Shown here: positions 1 to 12,630 of the stretch, one piece after another
How the letters are laid out: every line of letters starts with the position of its first letter
How positions within the stretch are numbered: position 1 is the stretch's first letter
NCBI RefSeq assembly: GCF_009914755.1
Contig: NC_060940.1
From: the human T2T-CHM13v2.0 reference genome, Homo sapiens
DNA length: 64,000 nucleotides
Strand: one strand, 5' to 3'
Position numbers and translations under genes: made by a program
The notes under the pieces: model-generated
Seen by the model: the letters and a program-made list of their open reading frames with translations, nothing else
Database searches by the model: none
Told to the model about the DNA's origin: nothing

Positions 1-3000
1 CTTCAGGTAGATACTCATGAGTGGGGCTTCTGCATGAAATTGTAGTTCTATTTATAGTGCTTTGAGAAATATCCATACTGATTTCCATGGGGGTTGAACT
101 AATTTACATTCCCATCAGCCTTGTATAGGTGTACTCTTTTCTCCATAGCCTCACCAGAATCTGTTATTTTTTTGGTCTTTTAATAATAGCCTTTCTGACT
201 GCTGTGAGATGATATCTCATTGTGGTTTTAATTTGTATTTCTCTCATGATTAGTGATAGTTAGCGTTTTTTTCATTCTTTTCTTGGCCACATGTGTGTCT
301 TCTTTTAAGAAGTGTCTGTTCGTGTCCTTTGCCCACTTTTTAATGTGGTTATTTTTGTTGTTGTTGTTAAGTTCTTTATGAATTCTGGATATTAGTCCTT
401 TGTTTTCAAACAGTTTCTCCCATTCTGTAAGTTGTCTGTTTACTCTGTTGATTGTTTATTTTGCTGTGCAGAAGCTCTTTAAGTCTCATTTATCTATTTT
501 TGTTTTTGTTGCATTTGCTTGTGAGGTCTTAGTCATAAATTCTTTACCTAGGCCAATGTTCAGAAGAGGTTTTCTTAGATTTTCTACTAGGATTTTTATA
601 GTTTCAAGTCTCACATGTAAGTCTTTAATCTATATTGAGTTAATTTTTGTATATGGTCAGAGACAGGGGTCTAACTTCATTCTTCTGCATATGGCTGGCC
701 AGTTTCCCCAGCATCATTTATTGAATAAGATATCTTTTTTTCCCATGGTTTATTTTTGTTGACTTTGTTGAATACCATTTGATTGTAGGCATGTGGCTTT
801 ATTTCTGAGGTCTATATTCTGTTTAAACAATTGATCTGTGTGTCTACTTTTGTGCCAGCATCATGCTGTTTTGGTTTCTATTTCCTTGTAGTATAGTTTG
901 AAATCAGGTGATGTGATGCCTCCAGCTTTGTCCTTTTTGTTTAATAATGCTCTGTCTATTCAGGCTCTTTTTGAGTTGTATATGAATTTTAGAATTATTT
1001 TTCCTAATTCTGTCCAAAATAACACTGGTAACTTGATAGGAATTGCATTAAATCTTCAGATTGCTTTGGGAAGTATAGTCATTTTAACGATGTTGGTTCT
1101 TCCTATAGAATATTTTACCATTGGTTTGTGTCATCTAAGATTTCCTTCATCAGTGCTTTGTAGTTCTTCTTGTAAATATCTTTCACCTCCCTGGTTAAAT
1201 ATATTCCCGGGTATTTTAATTTTTGTTTATTATAAATTATATTGAGTTCTTGATGTGGTTCTCAGCTTGAGCATTGTTGATGTGTAAGAATGCAACTGAT
1301 TTTTGTGTGTTAATTTTGTATCCTGAAACTTTACTGAAGTTGTTTGTCAGGTTCAAGAGTCTTTTGAAGAAATCTTTAGGATTTTTTTGCGTATAAGATT
1401 ATGTCATCAGTGAACAGAGATAATTTTGAACTCTTCTTTTCCAATTTGGATGACTTTATTTCTTCCTCTTGACTAATTGCTCTGGCTAGGGCTTCCAGTA
1501 CTGTGTTGAATAGAAGTTGTGAGAGTGGAAACCCTTGTCTTGAATTCTTAGGGAAAAAGCTTTCAATGTTTCCCCATTCCATATGATGATGGCTGTGGGT
1601 TTGTGGTATACAGCTCAAATAATTGAGGTACGTTCCTTCAATGCCTGGTTTCTTGAAGGTTTATATCATGAAGGGATGTTGGATTTTATGAAATTATTTT
1701 TCTGCATCCACTGAGATGTTCATTTAGGTTTTATTTATACTTTTTGATTATGTGGTGAAGCATATTTATTGATTTGCGTATTTTGAAATATTATTACATT
1801 CCTGAAATAAAATCTACTTTATTATGATGATTTCTCTTTTTTGATGTGCTGCTGGATTCTGTTTGCTAGTGTTTTGCTGAGGTTTTCGTATCTATGTTCA
1901 TCAGGTGTATTGGCCTGTAGTTTTCTTTGTCTGTTGTGTCCTTGCCAGATTTTGATATCAGGATGCTACTGGTTTCATGGAACAATTTAAGGATTCAATT
2001 TCTTTTTTGTTCAATCTTGGGAGATTGTGTTTTCAAGAATTTATACATTTTCCCTAAGTTTTCTAGGTCGTGTGCATAGAGGAATTGATAGTAATCTCTG
2101 ATGATTCTTTGTATTTCTGTGGTATCAGTTGTTATGTCACCTTTATCATTTCTGATTGTGCTTATTTGAATCTTCTCTCTCTCTCTCTCTCCCTCTCTCT
2201 CTCTCTCTCTATCTTTTGTTAATCTAGTTAGTGGTCTATCAATCTTGTTTATCCTTTCAAAGAACAAACTTTTGTTTTGTTGACCTTTTTATGATTTTTG
2301 GTATCAATTTCATTTACTTCTCTGTTCTTTGTTATTTAGTTTATTCTGCTAGCTTTGGGTTTGGCTTGTCCTTGTTTTCTAGTTTCTTGAGGTGTGATAT
2401 TACATTGTTAATTTGTGATCTTTCTATCTTTTTGATGTAAGTATTTAGCACTATAAACTTTCCTCTCAATGCTATTTTTCATATGTTGTGTTTCTATTTT
2501 TGTTTATTTCAAAAAATGTTCTTGATTTTTGCCTTAATTTTGTTGTTTACCCAAAGTCATTCAGGAGGAGGTTAATTTCCATGTGCTTGTGTGACTTTGA
2601 GAATTCCTCTTGATATTGATTTCTAATATTATTCCATTGTGGTCTGAGAGGATACTTGATATGATTTTTATTGTTTTTTGAATTTATTGAGACTTGCTTT
2701 ATAGTCAACCATGTGTTCAATTTTGCAGAATGTTCCATGTGCAGATGAGAAAATGTATATTCTGCAATTGTTGGGTGGAATTTTCTATAGATGTCTGTTA
2801 AGTCCATTTGGTCAAGAGACCAGCTTACTTCTAGAGTTTTGTTGTTGTTTTTGTTGTCATTGTTAGTTTCCTGCAATGATCTGTTTAATGCTGTCAGTAG
2901 GGTATCAAAGTTCACCATCATTATTTTATGGTTGTCTGTCTGTTTTCTTAAATGTAGTAGTATTTGTTTTAGAAATCTGAATATTCCACTATTGAGTGCG

Positions 3001-4383
3001 TATGTATTTAGGATAACTAAATCTTCTTGTTGAATTGAACCCTTTATCATTATATAATGCCCTTCTTTGTCTTCTTCTCCTTTTTTGGGGGGATTTTTGT
3101 TCTGGGTTTAAAGTCTGTGGCGTCTGACACAAGAATACCAACCCTGCTATTTTATGTTTTTCATTTGCATGAAATATTATTTTCTATCCCTTTATTTTGG
3201 GCCTGTGGGTGTCATTACACATCAGGTGGGTGTCTTGAAGGGTGAAGATGGTTGGGTCTTGCTTTTATTCCAGTTTGTCAGCCTATATTATTTCAGTGAA
3301 GTATTTAGGCCATTTACATTCAAGGTTAATAATGATATATGAGGTTTTGTTCCTTCTTAGTGTTTTTAGCTACTTGCTTTGTACTTTCAATTATGTAGTT
3401 GTTTTATAGGATCTGGGAACTTTATATTTGCATATGCTCTTAGGGCAGCAAGTACTACTGTTCTTTCATTTTTGCGGTTAAAACTCCTTTCAGCATTTCT
3501 TGTAGGACCAGTTTATTGGTGACTAATTCCCTTTGCACTTGCATGTCTCAGAAAAACTTTATTTCTCCTTTGTTTATGAAGCTTTGTTTGGCAGGATATA
3601 ATATTCTTGGCTGGCAATTTTTTTCTTTAAGAAGGCTAAAGATAAGCCCCCCATCTCTTCTAGCTTGTAAGGTTTCTGCTGAGAAGTCTGCTGTTAGTCT
3701 GATGGGATTCCCTTTGTAGGTGACTTGACCCTTTTCTCTAGTTGCCTTTAAGATTTTTCTTTAGCATTGATCTCGAATAATCTGATGACTCTATGCCTTG
3801 GTGATGTTCATCTTGTGTAGTATCTCACAGGTTTCCTCTGAACTTCTTGTATCTATATGTCCATCTCTCTAGCAAGATTAGAGAAAATTTCCTGAATTAT
3901 TCACTCAAGTGTTTTCCAAATTGCTTACTTTTTCTTTTTCTCTCTCAGGAATGCCTATAAGTTGTAAGTTTGGTCACTTTACATAATTTCAGATTTCTTG
4001 AAGGTGTTTTCATGTTTTAAATTATTTTCTCTTTATTTTTGTCTGATTGAGTTAATTTAAATGACTGGTCTTCAGGCTGTAAGTTTTTTCTTCTGCTTCA
4101 TCTAGCCTATTGTTGAAGCTTTCAACTGTGTTTTGAAATTCCTTTAGTGAATTTTGTAACTCCAAAAATTGTATTTGTTTTTTAAATATAGCTATCTTCT
4201 ATTTTACGTTCAAATCATGTTTCTGTTTCTTTGTGTTCATTTTCAACTTTCTCTTGGATTGAGCTTCCTTGCAATCCATACTTTTAATTCTTTATTTGTC
4301 ATTTGGGAATTTTAATTTTGGTTAGGGTCCATTGCTTGAGACCTACAACAATCCTTTGGAGGTGTCAAAACACTGTTGTTTTG
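1..4383 (-). mobile_element. Old L1 (L1PB/L1MA-type), decayed ORF2 plus ORF1; continues beyond the window on the left
   Basis: Minus-strand translations are L1 ORF2-like (MIKGSIQQEDLVILNTYA endonuclease region; [12 protein letters not shown]; RQGFPLSQLLFNTVLEALARAI RT region) with many stops and frameshifts. A (CT)n tract lies at ~2173-2212. Confidence 0.93.
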
Positions 4384-5361
4384 AAACTATCATAAGAGCG
4401 AACAGACAACCTACAGAATGGGAGAAAAATTTTGTCATCTATTAGTCTGACCTTTGTCAGATATCCAGAATCTACAAGAAACTTAAGCAAATTTACAAGA
4501 AAAAACACAAAACCTTATTAAAAAGTGGGCAAAGGACATGAACAGACATTTCTCAAAAGAAGACATACATGCAGCCAACAAACATGAAAAAAAGCTCAAC
4601 ATCACTGATCATTAAAGAAACACAAATCAAAACCGCAATGAGATACCATCTCATGTCAGTCAGAATGATGATTACTAAAAAGTCAAGAAACAACAGAGGC
4701 TGGAGAGGTTGCAGAGAAATAGGAATGCTTTTACACTGTTAGCAGGAATGTAAATTAGTTCAACCATTGTGGAAGATTGTGGTGATTCCTCAAAGATTTA
4801 GAACCAGAAATACCATTTGACCCAGCAATCCCATTACTTGATATATAACCAAAGGAATATAAATCATTCTATTATAAAGATATTTGCACGTGTATGTTCA
4901 TTGCTCCACTATTCATAATAGCAAAGACATGGAATCAATCCAAATGCCCATCAATAATAGATTGGATAAAGAAAATGTTGTATGTATACACTATGGAATA
5001 CTATGTGTCCATAAAAAGGAATGAGATCATGTCTTATGGATGGACATGGATGAAGCTGAAAGCCATTATTCTCAGCAAACTAACGCTAGAACAGAAAACC
5101 AAACACCACATGTTCTCACTTGTAAGTAGGAGGTGAACAATGAGAACACATGGACACAGGGAGAGGAACAACACACACTGGGGCCTGTCCAGGGAGGGTG
5201 TGTGGCAGGGAGGACATCAGGAAAAATAGCCAATGCATGCTGGGCATAATACCTAGGTGATTGATTGAAAGGTGCAGCAAACCACCATGGCACACGTTTA
5301 CCTATGTAACATACCTGCACATCTACACATATACCCTGGAACTTAAACAAAAACAAACCCC
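4384..5361 (+). mobile_element. 5'-truncated L1PA (about L1PA8-13) 3' end inserted into the older L1 in the opposite orientation
   Basis: ORF2 C-terminus (MFIAPLFIIAKTWNQSKCPS...), a typical L1PA 3'UTR and an A-rich tail. Degenerate TSD: AAAACACTGTTGTTTTG (4367-4383) and AAAACACCTTATTTTTG (5362-5378). Confidence 0.9.
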
Positions 5362-7030
5362 AAAACACCTTATTTTTGTACTGCCAGAGTTCTTGTACTC
5401 ATTCCTTATCATCTGAAGGAGCTGTTGCTTCTTATTTTTGAATATTCTATTGTTTAGATGAGATTTTTACATTTTTTATTATTTGTCCCTTGAGGTTATG
5501 ACTGTGGTGTATGTTGTGTATGATCATTTGGTTTCTTTTCTGGGTGCTTTCAATGGGCTCTGTATGGGTTTCTCAGTTGTGGATAGCTTTTAGGCAGTGG
5601 CTTTCTCAAATGCTGCTTGTTATAGCAATGTATTGGATAAATGAGCCAACACGCTTAGCCCTGAGAGACTGAGAGTGGGAGATCTCAAGAGTGTATCTTG
5701 TACACTATCACTGGTTTGTTTTTTAAATTTGGTGGTGCGGTACAGTGTTCATACCAGTGGGTGGTGCTTGAGACTAAGAGCCAGCTTTACCTGGTGTAGC
5801 CCAATAATGAGTGGAGGCACCTGCCCTGATGGGAAGTGGTGGGGAAGATGTGTTAGGGTCCGCTTAGGTCTCAGGGGTAAGGGCAAGGTGGGAGGGTTGC
5901 ACCAGCTCCTCATCCTGAGCAGTCCAGAATGTGATCCACTCTCCTACCATGCCTCTGTCATAGGGCTAACATCTTTCACCTCATATAGACATCGTCCTTT
6001 GGCTTCTGCCACATTGTGACTGGGGACTGAAGTCCCTCTCTAGCAGCTATAACCAAATTGGGCTGGGGTTTCCCAGCCCAGCACAGACAGGTGTGCATCC
6101 TGTATGCTCTCCATTGCCAGGACGCTGCTGTTTGGTGCAGGGAGTGGGAGATGGGCCTTGTCCTTTGTGTATGTCCTAGTAGCACAGGCTCACTTTCAAC
6201 GGGGGTGCTGCCTTTGCAAAAAGTGCTGGGAAGGCTCTCTCCAGGTGGACTCTTCAACCTGGAGGGTCTCTGCACCATTCACAAAAGTTGACAGGGGGAG
6301 TAGGGGGATTACTCCCCTCTTCACTTTGTTTCTGTCCAGTGGTGCAACAACCTTCAGCAATTAGTGCTATGCCCATGTTTCCTTTGTTCCAAGAGGGGCT
6401 TTGGTGTGCTGTACTCCTTCATCACCAAGGGATTAGATCTACACCATGGGTTAAATCTCTGGGGATCCCACAGCTCCCCTGGAACCCACTGGTTCACTGT
6501 TGGGTTTCCAAAGTCAGAGTGGGCTGTGGGGTGTGTTTGCAGGGGATCTAGTGATGTACTGACACAAGGGCTGAGGTTCCCCAGGTAGGGCAGTGGCCCC
6601 CACCAGGTGCACAACCACTGTGGTACGTGCTGTCTCAGCTCGGGCCTGTGGGAAGTGTTGTTGCACCTACATGGGCTGTCCAGCTAGTGCTCTGTCCCTG
6701 GGAAGTTTGCAAATCACCATTGACAGCATTTCTTGGGGTCACAAGGGCAGAGGGGCCCCCTGACAATTTGGTGGTCACCAGATTGTCACAGGGGTAACAG
6801 GAGCAGAAAATCCTCCCCACCTACCCTTTCCTCAGGGCTCCAAGTTCCTTTGGGGTCAATCTCTTCTATACTCTTGCTGTTTCCCGTGTGCCCCAATTTC
6901 TTTTTGTGGGCTCTCCAACTTGTCCGGGCTGTCTTCACTCAGCTTTTCTTTCACATCATGACCATTCACCTATAACTTTGATCTTCTTTCGGAGACTTGG
7001 CATCTGACTTTTCTAGTCAGCCATACACTT
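5362..7030 (-). mobile_element. 5' part (ORF1 start and 5'UTR) of the old L1 at 1-4383
   Basis: Host L1 sequence resumes after the TSD. A GC-richer 5'UTR-like region ends near CTAGTCAGCCAT (~7025). Confidence 0.8.
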
Positions 7031-7094
7031 TCAATCTTGAGTGCACATTCTAGATAAATTTTTCTTTTTCCTATTTCATGCCAAATCCCATGTG

Positions 7095-7220
7095 AATAGT
7101 TCTGGAGGCTGGGAAGTTCAGGGTCATCAAGGTGACAGCAGTGTTATTGTATGGCGAGGACTTGCTCTCTGCTTCATACATGGCACTTTCTTGCTGTGTC
7201 CTCACATGGGGCAAGGAGCT
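7095..7220 (-). mobile_element. MaLR LTR fragment (MLT1/MST type)
   Basis: AGTTCTGGAGGCTGGGAAGT...CTTGCTGTGTCCTCACATGG motifs typical of MaLR LTRs. Confidence 0.7.
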
Positions 7221-8654
7221 TGTTTTCTAATGTATATGATTCTCAATGCTGTTATGGGAACAATTTACTATATACTTTTCTTTTTCCTAGGAATATTACC
7301 ACTTCACTTCCATCCCCCTGACTTTAATTTTCTGGGATGGAGTATGACACAATTTAAGTTAAAATCCTAACACCATGACTTTATTTTATTTATGGTGATA
7401 ACTCTAAGTCAAGTATGATTATTTACAAGTAGTGTCTCAGTGAAATCAGAATGATTTGATGTAAGTGTTTCCTACAAGAATGCTAGTATTTGTAGGATCA
7501 TGTTGTGGGGACATGCTGGGGACATGCTTTTCCCCAGTGGAATAATCTCTTTTGAGAAGTTAGATGAGCTATCATTATGTTGTGCCTCCATTTCTAATTC
7601 TATGAAATGGAGATAAGCATGTTTGATCAGCTCACGTCATGGACTTTTGTAATGGTATAATTGTATGTGCAAGAATATTAATAGTTAAGCATAATAATTT
7701 ATTGTCATACTGATACTAATAATAGAATAACTCTTATTTCTCAATATTTATTGATTCCCTTATCTGATAAAAATGAATAAGCCAGTCCATCTCCTGACAT
7801 GAAAATATATACCCATTTTACACAACAGTCCTAGCTCTACGGGCTCCTAAGCTTCTAAAACTCAAATCCTCCTGTAACTGCTGTGTCCAACCTTCTTAGG
7901 GAGACACTGTGATAGAAATAATTCCAACTTATACATGTTCATTTTGGTGGTTGACTTTGCACTCTAGTCATATTGCCAATTTCAGATTTGCTTAGAACAA
8001 TGAATTAAAATTCAACAGGATGGATAATTCAGCCAATGCTCACTTTACTAACCAATTTTCTCAGAATTTGATTATGCTTGAAATAAATGTATTGAAATAG
8101 TAGTCAAGAATCCGGTTGAGTCTGTATATAAAAGGCATTTATATTATAATGAAGGTTCATTTTCTTCTAGAGACCATAGCATATTAAAATACCGGGTGAC
8201 ATTAAAATATTGTTATTAACCATAACTCAGACTTGAATCCACCATTGCACTATGTATGAACAATTGGAGGAGGATTAGAGGACAAATGTCAGAACCAAGT
8301 TTAATAAGCAGTGAGTGGGACATTTGAACTTGTCACAGGAGTAGCACTGTGGTGGACAGGCATTAATCTTTTCAAGTCATCAAACTTTTGAGTTTTCCTC
8401 CCCCCAACATTTATAGAAAGATTCAGGAGAGTATTTTAAAGAGCTCAGCAAATTGAAGTCTATATAGACTGTTCTTTTCATTTTAGAACCAGAGGACCAT
8501 TAATTTTTTTAAAAAAGAGTATTGCTCTGATTCTAATCCTCAATTTAATACCTGCTTTTTATTTTCCAATTTGAGGGTGTAATTATGTAAGAATATCTTT
8601 CTTCCTTTTATAGAAGAAAGAATGTTTATTAGTCCTTAGGTGGTGACTGAAGAC

Positions 8655-8880
8655 ATAATGATAATAACTTCCATTTATCAAGCTCGTAATATGTGTCACC
8701 ATATGGTACTAGGTGCTTCGTAAATATTATTTTGACTATTGTTAGTTTAAAATCTTCCTTCAAAATCTTCATTTTCTGGTCTGTAAAATAAACTCAATGA
8801 TATTGAAATTAAAGGATTATGTGAATATTCTAAGGTCACAGTAAGCAGAAATAAAAAAAAATGGGATTGATCTCCCAAGA
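8655..8880 (-). mobile_element. MIR fragment
   Basis: Decayed MIR motifs (CATTTATCAAGC..., TAAGGTCACAG). Confidence 0.5.
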
Positions 8881-9337
8881 TTTTTTTCCATAACCCTACA
8901 ACTTTCCCCTAACAAAACTGGCATTTCTTGATGTCAGTATTGATGTCAGTTCACTGTGGTACCCCATTCAGTTTATCACAGGAATTGTATAAATTTAGAA
9001 ATTAATTTGCTCAGTGGATTTCCAACAAATGGGGAGGGTTGTGTTTCCATTTAACTAAAAGTAACTTTGTAAATCCTACTGGATGGCCTTAACTAAGGCT
9101 GGAGAACATTCATTTTAAACTCTTCTGTTTGGAAATTAAAAGGAAAAGAAGGCTATGTCTACGATGTGTGGGCCTGTTATTTAGGAGTTTCTATTAGATG
9201 TCATATTAAGTAAATCAAAATTATGGCTAGGCCCGTGACGATCAGAGATATAAGGCAAGAATGTCATTAAAAGGAAAGATATGTTGACTATCAGAATGGT
9301 ATGATTTTTAGTGTTGAATATCAGAATGGTATCAGTG

Positions 9338-9468
9338 TTTGTTTATTTTTTGAGGTGGGGGTCTTTCTATGTTGCTCAAGCTGATATTGAATTTTTGGGC
9401 TCAAGCAATCCTCCCATCTCAGCCTCTTGAGTAACTGGGATTACAGTCATGTACCACCATGCCTGACT
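9338..9468 (-). mobile_element. FLAM (Alu monomer)
   Basis: ~130-bp single Alu monomer (GGGCTCAAGCAATCCTCCCATCTCAGCC...CACCATGCCTGAC) with a T-rich tail. Confidence 0.85.
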
Positions 9469-9999
9469 TAGAAAGGAATGATTTTGAGGTGCCAAAAGCA
9501 TATTGAAATGCCAAGAGAATGATTAGGACAGCAAATTCAAGGCACCAAGATGACACATGGAACCTGAGATATTCCTAGTTTCAACTTTTTGCTGGACATG
9601 GAGCCAATCAGAGCCCCAAGACAACTACATTTTTGACAACGGAAGAAGGTAATTTATGTTCTTCAGAAAGCAAAGCAGATTACTCACCCCAAGGGTTTGG
9701 AAGTATGAGATGACCTGGCAAAGTCTAGTTAATTTATATTAAGCCAGATTTAGTGTTTAGTGATTATAATGAGAAACTACAATTTACATAAATATTATTT
9801 GTCTATTATAACAAGGATTTTTTTAAAAAACTCAAACCAAATATGAATAATTTTAATGTCCTCATTAAGCATCAAGGAAGGAACTTGTTACAGTGTTACA
9901 ATTTTACCTAATCTGCATTAGGTTGCAAAGTTATCTAATGCAGATTTCAAAAGGTTTCTAGTCACTATACATCAGGATGAAATTGGAGAACTTTGGAGT

Positions 10000-10472
10000 T
10001 GCATTCTTTAATTTTATGTGTCAACTTGCCTGTGCCACCCAGTGTCCAGATTAAACATTATTTCTGAGTGTGTCTGAAAGGGCATTTCCAGAGGAGATTA
10101 GCATTGCAATTGGTGGACTTGGATTTCCTTCCCAATGTGGTTGGACATCATCCAACCCATTGAGGCCTGAATAGGATGAAAAGGCAAAGGAAGGAAGAGT
10201 TCACTCTTTTTTAGCATCCTGCCTGACTGCTCGAGCTAGGATATCAGTCTTCTACCGCTCTTGTAATGGGGTTTAAAAGATCAGCTACCCTGGTTCTGAT
10301 GCCTTGGCCTTGAGCTGAGATTACAGGACCAACTTTCCTGGGTCTCCAGTTTGTAGATGGCAGACCATGGGATTTCTCAGCTTCCATAATTGCATGACCC
10401 AAGTCTTCATAACAAATCTTTCCTTATATGGCCCTATTGGTTCTGTTTTTCTGGAGAACTCTGAATAATGCA
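10000..10472 (+). mobile_element. MLT2 (ERVL) solo LTR
   Basis: TAATTTTATGTGTCAACTTG start and CCTATTGGTTCTGTTTTTCTGGAGAAC..TAATGCA end. Confidence 0.85.
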
Positions 10473-12429
10473 CCCCTAAATTTGAAGAGTGTTTACCATA
10501 CTTTTTCTTCTTACACTTTTATTAAGTAGTTTATAAGTATGAGAGCACAGGGTTTTTTTATATTGCCACTTGATGACTAAATTATAATATTATCTAAGCC
10601 TGGTAATTGTTGTCAGTAGTTTCCTATTACTTTTGAGATAAAGCTTGGGGATCTCAGGAGGCCTATAGGGCAATATAAGACTTGGCCCGTGCTGGAATCT
10701 CTATCTTTTCCTATCTATCCTCCTGCCTATATGCCAGTCCCTAAGAGTATTATGCTGTCTGCACAATTTTTTTGATAGGCATTTTTTTTTTTTGCTTTTT
10801 TTTTTGGTTCCTACATTATCTATCTCCTGACATCTGCCCACAAACTGCTACTCACTTTTCAAGATGCCGGTCATGTATTATCTTTCTTCATGACACATTT
10901 TCTGACTTTTTACATCACCCCACTCTGAATGTTGGTCACATTGTGCATTTCATTTTGTTGGGATCTTCTGCCTCTCTCCAGTGTTGTGCTGATCACTCTG
11001 ATCACTCTCTCATGCTTTCTTCTTTGCTCACCTCTGTCTTCCACTCTATATAGTAAGCTTATTGAAGGCACACTATTTTATAAAGTACCAAACTCCAGGC
11101 CTTTAACGATGTAGCCTAATAGATAGATAGTGTTTGCTGGTTCATACTCCATTCTAATTCCATTGTTTTATAAATGAAGAAATTAAGGACTAAGAGGGTT
11201 AAAAGACTTGCCCACAGCATTACACAGGCTGCTTATTATACATAATAGTTGTTAAATAGAAAGTATGGAAAGACAGTACACAGGATCTGCATTAATACAG
11301 GCGCAAAACACGTAAGAAATTCCAAATAGTGATGGCTTCCATGAGGAATAGAAGTATAATAATCATTTATAAAGCAAGCAAAGAAATCACTGGGAAACAA
11401 CCAGTTCTTCCTCGTCTAAATTTCCTACAAGTATGAAAACAAACATAAAGACACCTGTTCTGTGGCCACTGTTTGTAGATTACTTTCTTAAAATGAAATG
11501 CAATAAACTCATCAGATATTTACAAAACAAATCCAGTTTAAAAATTCTGCAAAATATGCCACTTTATCAAAATACAATGATGAGCTCTATTCCTTTTGAC
11601 ACAATATAATCAGTGCCAAAATATAATACATTCAGTGAAATTCATCACAAAATGGGTTAGTTGGTGCTACAAAGGCAGTATTTTCTTTGTGACAAGGAGG
11701 GTAAATTTTGTTATAAGTTGATTCAGCCCTGCTCATCTTTGATTTTTATGATGGATATATATTTTTAGAAGTAGTGGATTTGTCTCTGACCCACCGGGTT
11801 CCTCCCAGAGACCACTAAAAAACTGGAGTGTCTACTAAACAGTTGACAGTTTCCTGGAGGCTGACATCACTGAAATTGGGGGATAAACCTTACGGAAGGT
11901 ACCTAAGAGATAGAGAAGGAAATTAGGCTATCTCCTTCTCTCTCTTTCTATTTAAGCTTATGTGGAAGGGAATACATCTCTCTCAGCAACGGAATAACAA
12001 TCTGAAGAAACAGACTACATACTTCTGCCATTGAAATTTTCCTGAATAGCTCTGATTGAGAAATAGATTAATAGACTGTATTGCAAAGAAGAAGAGATGA
12101 GTCAAACTTCTATCTGGACTCAGGAAAACTTCTCAGACGGAGTCCATCTGGCAATGCCAAAGGGACTGACTCCACTAGGACTGAAAGATCAGGTTTGCAC
12201 AGTTAAACCCCAATCCATCCTTATTTTATTTCCATCTGTACATAGAGCAGTTCTGCTTGCCTGGTTTCCATTCGTATTGGTTGCCTCATTTCATCATCAA
12301 AACATTTGTGTCAAGTGAATTTTATGTTCACCATTTGATAGACAAAAAAATTAGGCTTAGAGAAGCATTTATTCTTGGTCACAGAGGTTTTCTTATTTTT
12401 AATCTGGTTTCTGCATTATATGCTGAATT

Positions 12430-12630
12430 TTGGAGACAGAAAGACAATGGTTTGACTCCAGGTTTAGCCACTTGCTAATTGAGTGATCATGGGCAAGCCA
12501 CTGTACTTCTTTGAGCCTCAGTTTCTTTTCTGAGGAACAGAAACAATCATATAAGCAAATTGCTGTAAGGATTGTGTCACATGAGGTATGACAAAAGCTT
12601 TATACGAAGCAGGGAAGGCTCAATAAATTT
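12430..12630 (+). mobile_element. MIR
   Basis: GGGCAAGCCACT...TTGAGCCTCAGTTTC MIR core. Confidence 0.7.

Noticed and set aside
400-5368. ORFs resembling endonuclease and reverse transcriptase
   Set aside because: These are fragments of dead L1 ORF2 (or antisense frames) with stops and frameshifts, not genes.
7506-8952. Short tandem duplications (GGGGACATGCT x2 at ~7507; TTGATGTCAGT x2 at ~8928)
   Set aside because: Ordinary slippage-type microduplications.
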